A stretch of 64,000 bases of DNA, taken from positions 11,966,001 to 12,030,000 of the forward strand of contig CATNEN010000001.1 of assembly GCA_950097015.1 (NCBI GenBank). The letters run 5' to 3'. The DNA is from Macrostomum hystrix. Taxonomy: Eukaryota; Animalia; Platyhelminthes. Under the pieces are notes generated by a model. That model was not told the DNA's origin and searched no databases. It saw nothing but the letters and a program-made list of their open reading frames with translations. This document shows, one piece after another, positions 1 through 9,757 of the stretch. Position 1 is the first letter of the stretch; the number at the start of each line of letters is the position of its first letter. The translations under genes were made by a program, and so were the position numbers.

Positions 1-1469
1 GAATTCGGTAAGCGTCTTCGTCAGTGCTGGCCGGAGCGTTTCCAGTCAGCGGTGGAGGCAATCGATAATCGTCTTCAACGAATTCGGGGTGATCAGACGC
101 AACAGGCGGCAATCGATACTCATATTCACCAGTTTTATATAAACTTTGGCCCGTAGCATGCGGTGGCGGCAATCGATAATCGTCCTCGTCTGTTCTAGGA
201 GGCATGCGATAATCATATTCGTTGCTAGGGTTACCGCCTCCTCTAGCAACCGTTGGAGGCATGCGATAATCATCTTCAGGTGCCTGGGCAGTTGGTCGTC
301 TGATCGAAGAATTTAACGGGAATCGACCGGTTGAAACGTGGAGCGATCTGTAAAATAGAATTACAGATTTCTCATAGACATGCTTTATTAAATAAATCGT
401 GATTCTGGTCTTGAAACCCGCTGTAAATCCCTTGATTGTAGCTCAGAAATCTCGTAGTAAATCCATTGATTAAAGCTCAGAAATCCCGCTGTTAATCCAT
501 TAATTACATCTCAGAAATCCCGCTGTAAATCCATTGATTAAAGCTCAGAAATGCCGCTGTAAATCCATTGATTAAAGCTCACAAATCCCACTGAAAATCC
601 TTTGATTATAGCTTAGAAATCCCACTGAAAATCCTTTGATTATAGCTTAGAAATCCCACTGAAAATCCCTTAATTTACAGTTATTTATCAAAGAGTAAAG
701 ACCACATTCTAGGCTATAAATAATCTAGGCTAAATCGCGAGTCTAGTCCCACATTTCTTACCTGATAGTGCCATCGATGCTATCGCCTGGAATGTAGCGA
801 CCAGACGGTGAAAGCATGTTTTGGGAGAGCGGCTGAAATTGCTGCACTTGTAGAAATGACGCACCAGATAGAGGAGGAAATTGTCCTCTATAAGAGGGAT
901 CGATAGTGCTATCATTTATCCCGGACAGATCGTCTTCGCCAAGTCCGCACGCGTTGCTCAGATGGCTGACCCAGCGCTCCATGGTATTGCTCTCTGGCAG
1001 GAAATAGTAGGTGCGCATCTGCCTGCGGTGGAGAGTCTCCAGCAGGAAGAATGCCGTCTGATCCCGTCTGAAGAATTCTGGCCTTGATGGGGCGCGGAGA
1101 AGCCTAGGCTGCAGCTTGTTCAACAGATATATTGGCGGAATTACGTAAGCAGTGATGTTATTGGCGTGCTCCAAATCCACCTGGCCCTTGCGCTTAGTCT
1201 GCAGTTTGTCTTCATAATAGGTCAGTAGGTAGTTGCTAGAGCGGTCTTTAGTTCTGATGCAGCTTAGTACGAAATAGCGACGCCGCCAGCGCTATAAAAA
1301 ATGAGGAAATTGTATCATTGGTGCAATAATACTAATGGATGATAATGCACTTTAGACTCACTGGTTGAAGTGGCTGTGGCCTACGGAAAATGCTGGAACC
1401 ACCACCAGATGGTTGAAATGGCGGCGATTTAACCAGCCAGCCCTTGAATATAGTATCTCTCTGGTCCAT
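1..1469 (-). CDS. Gab/DOS-like PH-domain docking protein, 5' part (exons 1469-1362, 1291-762, 347-<1; continues beyond window)
   Basis: Spliced by hand. ATG at 1469 gives MDQRDTIFKGWLVKSPP. Donor GTGAGT at 1361, acceptor TTTATAG before 1291 giving RWRRRYFVL...TYYEDK...KGQVDL...MERWVSHL. Donor GTAAGA at 761, acceptor TTTTACAG before 347; frame is preserved throughout. GWLxKSPP...W(K/R)RRxFVL is the Gab1/DOS-type PH signature. Exon 3 encodes repeated (D/E)YR(M/L)PP motifs. Confidence 0.8.
414..670. repeat. Intronic minisatellite, ~33-34 bp unit (AAATCCCGCTGTAAATCCATTGATTAAAGCTCAG-like)
   Basis: About 7 degenerate tandem copies visible in intron 2 of the Gab-like gene. Confidence 0.85.
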
Positions 1470-1711
1470 TGTCTCTGGTCCAGAACAGTTGCCAGGTGGA
1501 GACGTGCAACTATATAAGTTGGCCAGCTGAAACAGTGGTTTGGTAAAATGGGCTGATTTAAGTAGCCAGCCCTGTAGTATTGTATCACTCTGGTGATACA
1601 ATTTGCGCTTTCGCAACAGCAAAATCCAATACTGGAGTTTCTAGTGTTAAGCCTCCACTATTGGAGTTTCTACTGTATGGACTCCAATACTGGAGTTTCT
1701 ACATATAAAAG

Positions 1712-2000
1712 TCCCACCTCGACACCCAACTCCCCACCTAGCCACCCAACTCCCCACCTAGCCACCCAACTCCCCACCTAGCCACCCAACTCCCCACCTA
1801 GCCACCCAACTCCCCACCTCGCCACCCAACTCCCCACCTAGCCACCCAATTCCCCACCTAGCCACCCAACTCCCCACCTAGCCACCCAACTCCCCACCTA
1901 GCCAACTCCCCACCTAGCCAACTCCCCACCTAGCCCGACAAACCGCCCAACCTAGCCACCCAACTCCCCACCTAGCCACCCAATTCCCAACCTAGCCACC
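1712..2000. repeat. 20-bp minisatellite GCCACCCAACTCCCCACCTA
   Basis: Direct tandem copies, degenerating towards the right end. Confidence 0.95.
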
Positions 2001-2217
2001 CCTCATCTCATTCTCCAGTCTAAAGCAAAAATGAACAAAAAAACAATGCTCCATGTTTTGTGCACAATAAAACAACATTGCGTGCGTAAATACGAGCAGT
2101 TCTTATTGGATTTATTTATATCAAAAGCAAAAACAGAAAAATGACACGTGGTGCACAATACTATGTTGACACGACCTGTATACCGCCTCCTCTCATCCCG
2201 TTCAGAATCCGCTTTCT

Positions 2218-2354
2218 CCTCTACCCACCCTACCCATTCTACTCCTTCACTCTACCCAACCTACTCCAACACTCTACCCAACCTACCCCTACGCTCTACC
2301 CAACCTACTCCTACGCTCTACCCAACCTACTCCTACGCTCTACCCAACCTACTC
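2218..2354. repeat. ~22-bp minisatellite (CTCTACCCAACCTACTCCTACG)
   Basis: About 6 degenerate tandem copies. Confidence 0.85.
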
Positions 2355-3004
2355 TTGAATTATCACCGTATTATTATTACAGGTCAACCAAGATGAGGAA
2401 ATCAAAATTAATCGATTTTAGGTTTGCATGACCTGAAGAAATTGGATACAAAAAAAGTGTATAGAAAGGATTATAATATTATTAAAATAATTACAATAAA
2501 AAAATAAATATCATTAAAACAATTTTATCATTAAAAAAATAATGCTGACACAGACACTGAGTGCGCATGCAACGTTGTGTGGGGCCGGCTGTTTCTTATA
2601 AATGTTCTAAATGTAAATAAATGAATATGTTAGAAAATAGAGTCCCATGTTTCGCGTTCGATAAATAAATATTCTATTGAATTTCGTGAGTGGTGCATTG
2701 GTGCACTTTCGCTGTACCTTGGAGGTTTTACTAAATGTCGTGCTTCGAGATGTATTAATAACTGCGTGCCATTAATCGTTATAATTGTTTCTTTCAAAGC
2801 AGAATATGTAAAATCTCCTAATTACCTCTTACCCAAAAAATTCTTGCCCTTGTCTATTCAATAAAATTTGTGTATGTTCTATTTTGAAAATAACTGCAAA
2901 TAACTGAAAAAGGAGTAAATAGAAAAATGACACGTGGTGCACAATATTATGTTGATTGCGTTGAGGTGAAAGTGCATTGAGGTGAGATGAATAAGGAATT
3001 GCGG

Positions 3005-3383
3005 CACAGGGAGAGAACTCGGCACGCTTTGAAGAGCAGGTCGCATCTGCAAGAATTGGGACAGGGAGAGAATTCAGCACGCTTTGAAGAGCAGGTCGCA
3101 TCTGCAAGAATTGGGACAGGGAGAGAATTCAGCACGCTTTGAAGAGCAGGTCGCATCTGCAAGAATTGGGACAGGGAGAGAATTCGGCACGCTATGAAGA
3201 GCAGGTCGCATCTGCAAGAATTGGGACAGGGAGAGAATTCAGCACGCTTTGAAGAGCAGGTCGCATCTGCAAGAATTGGGACAGGGAGAGAATTCGGCAC
3301 GCTATGAAGAGCAGGTCGCATCTGCAAGAATTGGGACAGGGAGAGAATTCGGCACGCTTTGAAAGGCAGGTCGCATCTGCAAG
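3005..3383. repeat. 55-bp tandem repeat, ~7 copies
   Basis: GCAAGAATTGGGACAGGGAGAGAATTC(A/G)GCACGCT(T/A)TGAAGAGCAGGTCGCATCT recurs with period 55 (e.g. 3049, 3104). Confidence 0.95.
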
Positions 3384-3565
3384 TGATGGCAAGTCGCAAA
3401 AGTCAAACACATTTTCTGCATTCTACTTTTATTATCTACTTGTTTGTATTGTCTTTGGGCCCTATAAAAATAGATATCTTCTTCCTATAGTAGATAATAG
3501 CAGATATGAGCAATCATGTGCAAGTTCTTTGAGACTTCTCTAATTCTTTGAGATTCGTACTGCTT

Positions 3566-3700
3566 TTTTTGCGTTGCCTAAAAAGGACGCACTTGTCAGG
3601 GAAAAGCCGGATCGGATTAAGAACCGACATTGTTTTTGCGTTCCCTAAAAAGGACGCACTTGTCAGGGAAAAGCCGGATCGGATTAAGAACCGACATTGT
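3566..3700. repeat. 67-bp tandem duplication overlapping the stop codon of the NTPase-nuclease gene
   Basis: TTTTTGCGTT(G/C)CCTAAAAAGGACGCACTTGTCAGGGAAAAGCCGGATCGGATTAAGAACCGACATTG occurs at 3566 and 3633. Confidence 0.9.
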
Positions 3701-6578
3701 AGGAAGGTAACCGATGTCTCCAGGCTTGAATTGGCGCACCAGAAAATTCAATCCGATGGCCTGCTGCTGCTCCAGCCTCCTCGCTGACTCAGACCCCTCG
3801 GGCCGAGGACTAGGGAAAAGCGAGCAGACAGTGCCTGTGGGAGAACCGAACGCCTGCAAAACGAAGAACTTCTGAAATCCTCGTTGCTGAAGGTCCAGCT
3901 CGAGTTGGACTAGCAGATCCATACATAAATGCACCTTAGTCCTGAGGTTTGCTTTGATCTTACAATCGGTGTCGGCCAGTCTCGACTTGGCTAAAATGAG
4001 AATGCAGAATGACGACAAATTGAGATTCAGAGAAAAGTTCAAATTACTACATAGATCAGAACAAATATCGGACAACTAGATAAGATGCACTCACCCTCGC
4101 AAAGGAACAGATACAGGGTGTCCGTCGTTAGTACAGCAACAAATCCGTCGAATCCCGGACAGGTTCTCGTTCCCTTGCACAAAAGGACATTCACATTTGA
4201 ACCTGAGGTGGGATTTTCCTTCAGAAACGCATTTAGTTTGGCCTGGACGTCTTTGCAAGTGCCATTTGTATCCTGTTCCAGTTTAGTCACTTTGTAGACT
4301 TTGTCTCTAATGCAGAGCGCCTTGCACAAATATCTCGTGGCATTGTCATTCTGACGGCACTCGTCGCAGGACGCTTTCTTGCAGCTGGGGAATGAATTCC
4401 ACTGCATAAAGGTCGGCAATGAAAAGTACCTTAGGATTTGATTCCGCATAGATTTGTGCTGCGTTTCATTGTAGTTTGAAGAAAATACATGAAGCACTTG
4501 CTTGTTGAAAACCGCACCGGAGGGAAACGCAAGAGAGAGCAGAAAGAAGACGAGATGCATATGAGCAAACGCAACACGCTCAAACACATCAGAAAAATCT
4601 TCATTGTTATTGAAAATAGTGCACACTGTGCTCACTAAATGAGACATGCTGTACTGTTCATTTGCTGGTAATAAACGTGAGAGCTGATGCATCGTCGCCA
4701 GAGCCATAGAGGCTGAGAACTGAGAAGTTTCATCGTAGTCTAAAGAATTTATATCTTTGAAACCAAGGCCAGATGGCAGCAAATGCACGAAGAGTGATGC
4801 TTTAATGAAACATCGGACAAGTGGTCGGGTCGTGTCCACTGCAACTCCAGAAATGCCAGCCAATAGTATTTTTGCAATCGTAGTTTGCATCTCCGTTTCG
4901 GTCCCCAGGATTGAGGTCTGAATTTGCGATGATAAACCAATGATTACGGGCGCAGTAACAAAATCGTGGCACTTTTTTCTTACAGCGCTTAGTATTTGCT
5001 GAGCCAGCTGATTCTCGTGCGAATGTGAATCATTCGGCGCGTCAAAGAGAATTTCTGTTATTGATTTTTGCAGTTTGGTCAAAAAATCTTGACGGAAGAT
5101 ACGAATCGAGTTCGAGTGGGTCAGATATTGAGCGGTGGCCAAGATTGTAGATAGCAGCTCATCCCAAAGTGTCTTTTCCGTGAAATTGTTTTTGGCATTT
5201 ACACGTTCAAGCATTTCGACCACCTCAGAATACAGAAAGCAGCAAAAGTACTGCGACGACATCTTGCGTATCTGAGAGTCAGTCGGAGCACTATTTGCAC
5301 CACTGCACTTTCCACGGCAGTCTAGTTTAGTGTACAGCAAAGTCTTGAAGATTAGCTTTCTAGTTGAAGAATGGCTTATTATAAATCGAGTATCAACTAG
5401 CGTTGACCCTTTAGAGCTACTCTGCTCTACCCAGATAGGAAAGTAGCCTACTCCGCTGGCACAGCACACTACAACGGGCTTGTTTTTGTGGCCTTGCAAC
5501 GCTTTTGCAACAACATCCATGATATCTATAAATGCCCTTGACAAAGTCGTCAGCGCAGATTCGTCATCAGGATCAATGTCTGAACCGGAAAGCGGAAATC
5601 GTTCCCGTGCTCCGTTACTCCGTACGCCATGCTCAAAGAGGAAAACTTCTTGACTTTGGGCACAAGACTTGATAAATTCAGTATCAAACTGGTTTTTAAG
5701 CTTTTGGAAGCCCCTTGCAGTAGCCTCATCGTACAAGAAGATGACGTCTTTCGACGAGTCAATTCGATCAGTTAACTCAGGGATGCAAAACTCCTTAGTT
5801 GTCCTGAAACTCTCTATGAACTTTTCAGCGCACTTGTCGATCTCCATGTCCGAATTATGGACGGCATACTTTGCAAATGACTCAAAAAATCTAGCTTTCT
5901 CTTCTTTAGCCACCTGCATCGCCTTAGAAATTGAGATGTATGCTTTATTCACACGTTCCGGGTTCGTCAGGTTGGGAATGCAAAAGATGTTGTAGGTGTC
6001 AGTCTGTTCGGCAAGGTAGTTGGTCCAAGTGGTCTTGCCGAAGCCAAACCCAGCATTGTAGCACAGAAGAGAAACTTTACGACGGTCATCAAAGATTCTT
6101 ATCTGCTGCAGCTCCTTCTTGAATTCATCGAGCGTTTGAACTTGATCAAACTGAAATGAAAAAAGCGAAAAAGAAAGCTAGATAGTGTAACTAGATAGAC
6201 AATGGAAGGAAGCATATAATATAATTTAAATCAGTTTTTACATGCTGAGTAAAAAAATAACATCATATTCGTACAGTATACTATGTAAAAATGCATCTAG
6301 AAAAAACTTACCATCCTCAATGGCTTGAAAGGAGACAGATTCAATTTCTTAGCGTTCTGCTTAAATATATTCTCCTCTTCGGTCAACGTGGCCAGCAGGT
6401 CAGAACGGAAAGCACTATCAGACGTCAGTTCGTTAACGTGCTCGGTCCACTCACTCGCCGAAGACTCACCTCCATACAAGAGGAATGACTTGAATTCGTC
6501 GGCAACCTCGAGCAGCAAAGTACGTCGAAGATTTGCTGCAGCCATTTCGGCCCAAGATCGTTTGTTCGTTTGACTCAT
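3617..6578 (-). CDS. 3-exon, 898-aa P-loop NTPase + C-terminal PD-(D/E)xK nuclease-like protein (Crinkler/CR-effector-like); exons 6578-6312, 6150-4095, 3990-3617
   Basis: Donors GTAAGT (6311) and GTGAGT (4094) and acceptors TTCATTTCAG (before 6150) and CTCATTTTAG (before 3990) join three ORF-track pieces in frame (2697 nt). Walker A AGFGFGKTT lies in the part of exon 2 missed by the ORF track. Walker B is DVIFLYDEA. The C-terminal CPGFDG...LYLFLCEAK motif is completed only by splicing. Confidence 0.8.
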
Positions 6579-7284
6579 TCCGCATGAGTCAATCAAAGTT
6601 TCAATCACGACAGCCCTGGAATGATTTTGTGAACAGAAATGATTATCCCACAAAAAATAAAAAACTAGCCAACATCTAGCCAACTCCCCAACTAGCCACC
6701 CAAGCCACCTAGTCACCTCGCTCCCGCTATTGTTCCCACTAGCTTTGTTTCTGCCAAGTCAATTGGAAGCGACAACTTTTAAAAGCAAACTATAAGTTAA
6801 CAGCAGTTCTTAGCAGTTTGCAATTGATACTTAAGTGCAACACTCGGCAGGTAATATTCCAATACCTGGTTTTGATGCAATTTCTGAGAATGATGCAGTG
6901 TGTGAGGCTGGACTAAACTGAGACTTGAGACTCTGCTAGCTCTTTACACACCAGAGTTTTTAATTCCCAAATAAATCCTTTCTTTTTACTTTTGCCTATT
7001 TTTATACGTAATATGTACCGCATTGCCTAGAAATGTTTTTAATTCGCATTTCATGTTTTAATTTACTACTTTTATTTTCTATTTTTGCTAACAAATATTC
7101 TAATTGCTTTTAATTGCGCTAACAAATATCTTGCATGCATGCCTTTTAGATTTCCCTTTTTTATTAGATCCCTTCTTTGTGCGGGATTCCCTTTGTATAT
7201 TTCTCCCATTTTATCTTCCAATGCGTGCCCAAATATTTCCAAATATTGAATTATTGTTTTATTGTTTTATTGTTTTATTTTCAA

Positions 7285-7458
7285 TCTATATATATAAAAG
7301 TGAAAACTCTGTCTGTCTGTGTGTGTGTGTGCAACCTTTTGTCTTTATATTCGTATATAATCAAGATCGAATAGCCTGTATATTTTTAATAAATTTTGAT
7401 TAAATATAATAAAGAATAATAAAGCGGCAGAGTTCCTCGGAACTGACCCGCGCCCCAG
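7285..7458 (+). mobile_element. Short non-autonomous Helitron-like element
   Basis: Starts TCTATATATATAAAA after an A, followed by a (GTCT)n(GT)n tract. Subterminal GC-rich hairpin GCGG..AGTTCC-TC-GGAACT..CCGC. Ends CCAG (variant of CTRR) before a T; no TSD. Confidence 0.6.
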
Positions 7459-8019
7459 TACTTTGGGGAATTCGTTTTAACATCAAACTGAGACTTGAAA
7501 AGCTTGGGTTGCTTTCAGGAAAAGTCATCTGCTTCTGAAGTGACGGTCATAATTCCTGCCCCTCTCAAACTTTAAAAATTTTAAAAAATTTTCAAGTCTA
7601 AGAAATTACTCTCAGGTTAATGTAATCTCCTATATGGATACTATGGATATAAGAATTAGATAACAATAAAAGACAAGAATGATTTTAAATATGATAGGGG
7701 CCTAAATGGGCCATGTTAGGAGCATAAAATCATTATACTACAATCAACCCTCTTCAAATATATCATTTCAATGAATCCCCCTTTGAATATTACAGCTGAT
7801 GTAATAATCAGTTCCTGTTGAATACATTCAGGTCTAACAATCAATCCCCTTTTGAATAGTTGAAATTGCAATAATTTAAACCATCTACTGCACACCATTC
7901 AAAAGATGATAATTTCTGCAAAAAAATAGTAAAACTAAATGGAGTTATCACCAGCCTCTTGATTTTGTGTAGCATTTCATGCATAGCTAATATTATCAAT
8001 TGCTTTTAATTGCTTTTAA

Positions 8020-8391
8020 TTACCAAAAGTCTAAGCTCCACTTTTTAACTCTAAGTTGAAGTCTAAGTCTAAGAAATTGCTTTCAATTGCCAAAAGTCCA
8101 AGCTACACTTTTCAACTTTAAGTCTAAGTCTAAGAAATTGCTTTCAATTGCCAAAAGTCTAAGCTCCACTTTTCAACTCTAAGTTGAAGTCTAAGTCTAA
8201 GAAATTGCTTTCAATTGCCAAAAGTCCAAGCTCCACTTTTCAACTCTAAGTCTAAGTCTAAGAAATTGCTTTCAATTGCCAAAAGTCCAAGCTCCACTTT
8301 TCAAGTCTAAGTCTAAGTCTGAGTCTAAGAAATTGCTTTCAATTGCCAAAAGTCCAAGCTCCACTTTTCAAGTCTAAGTCTAAGTCTAAGT
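8020..8391. repeat. ~61-67 bp tandem repeat with internal (TCTAAG)n
   Basis: About 6 copies of CCAAAAGTCCAAGCTCCACTTTTCAACTCTAAGTCTAAG...AAATTGCTTTCAATTG. Confidence 0.9.
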
Positions 8392-8901
8392 AAAAAAAGC
8401 AACGTCTTTTAGCTCCAAATCCTTAAAGAATGATTTTAACTATGCTAGGAGTCTAAAGTTTATAGGTTAGTAGCATTCTATTTAAAGATAGTCAATGGTA
8501 GTCTTTGATGTAGATAGACGTCTAAGATTTTATACATATTTTCTAAAAAAATATATCCATTTAAAATATGTTCAATAAAAACCAATTAGGATAATTGTTT
8601 ACATAACAAAAATAATATATTAGGTTCCACTAGTGAAATCTCAAAGCCATTTCTTATAGTTCAAGGTGCGAGTGGGAGTGATAAGCGAAGCGCGTGCGCA
8701 AGACAATTTAAAAAGCAATGGACAAAGCAAAGCAATGTCTTTTATTAACAAATTAAAACTTTGCTTTGCAAATTCGAACAATAAAAACGATATAAAAATA
8801 TCAAAATGTAGTAGAAACAGATTTTAACTCAGAGAAAATTACACACTGCCTCAATTTGTTGGTAACTTAGTTTTTACGCTTTTGGTGTGCAATATCCGGC
8901 T

Positions 8902-9539
8902 GCGCCAGTCCGGCACCTCTAGATGGTCGGGACAGAAAGTTGTGGCTATTTTTAGAATTTCATGAGTTTGACTTGTTATCAGTCAATGTCCTTGACTTTC
9001 CATAAAGTCAATGCTTCCTACATCCTTCTCGGGCCGATTCGAGACAGTTCCCGAGGTCCCCGGGAACTGATTTTGGTGTCGTTCGAAAGGCCTGGCGATG
9101 CTCTATAGATTCCGGTTGAGTCCCCCGAGATTGTCTATTGGGTGCCAACTTGGGCTCTGAGCGGCTACCTAACTTGTCAAAGAGCAATACTTATTCGAAA
9201 ATTGACCAAATCGAAATTTCAGTCATTGGCGGGCAATGTTGGAAATGACATTTCTCGACTAGAGGTTGACGCCCTGAGTCTAGAGGCGCCAGTCCGGCAC
9301 CTCTAGATGGTCGGGACAGAAAGTTGTGGCTATTTTTAGAATTTCATGAGTTTGACTTGTTATCAGTCAATGTCCTTGACTTTCCATAAAGTCAATGCTT
9401 CCTACATCCTTCTCGGGCCGATTCGAGACAGTTCCCGAGGTCCCCGGGAACTGATTTTGGTGTCGTTCGAAAGGCCTGGCGATGCTCTATAGATTCCGGT
9501 TGAGTCCCCCGAGATTGTCTATTGGGTGCCAACTTGGGC
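8902..9539. repeat. 254-bp direct repeat (8902-9155 and 9286-9539; period 384)
   Basis: Two apparently identical copies from GCGCCAGTCCGGCACC to GCCAACTTGGGC. Confidence 0.9.
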
Positions 9540-9757
9540 CAAATGCCAAATTTCTGCGCGCTAATTATATTTGTTATTTTTGTTAAAGTTAATATTTGTT
9601 AAAGTTTGTCCGCCATATTTTTTACCCTTTTCAAAGTCGAAATGCCTCTTAAGGGCTCTACGAGAGCTTGTAAAGCAGACTTTTCTGCAGCGAGATCGGT
9701 CTTTTCAATCTGGAAAGCAGAGTTGCTCGGCTTACGGGGCTTATTTCGTAGGTAAGG

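Noticed and set aside
3005-3383. Regular 55-bp array (and the 34-bp array at 54092-55182) as CRISPR
   Set aside because: No unique spacers, no cas genes, eukaryotic context.
4039-5952. 637-aa single-exon ORF as called by the track
   Set aside because: It starts at GTG inside an exon and reads into intron 2; the real model is the 3-exon gene 6578-3617.
8902-9539. 254-bp direct repeats as LTRs of a TRIM
   Set aside because: No TG...CA termini, PBS, PPT or TSD; better explained as a partial tandem duplication with period 384.
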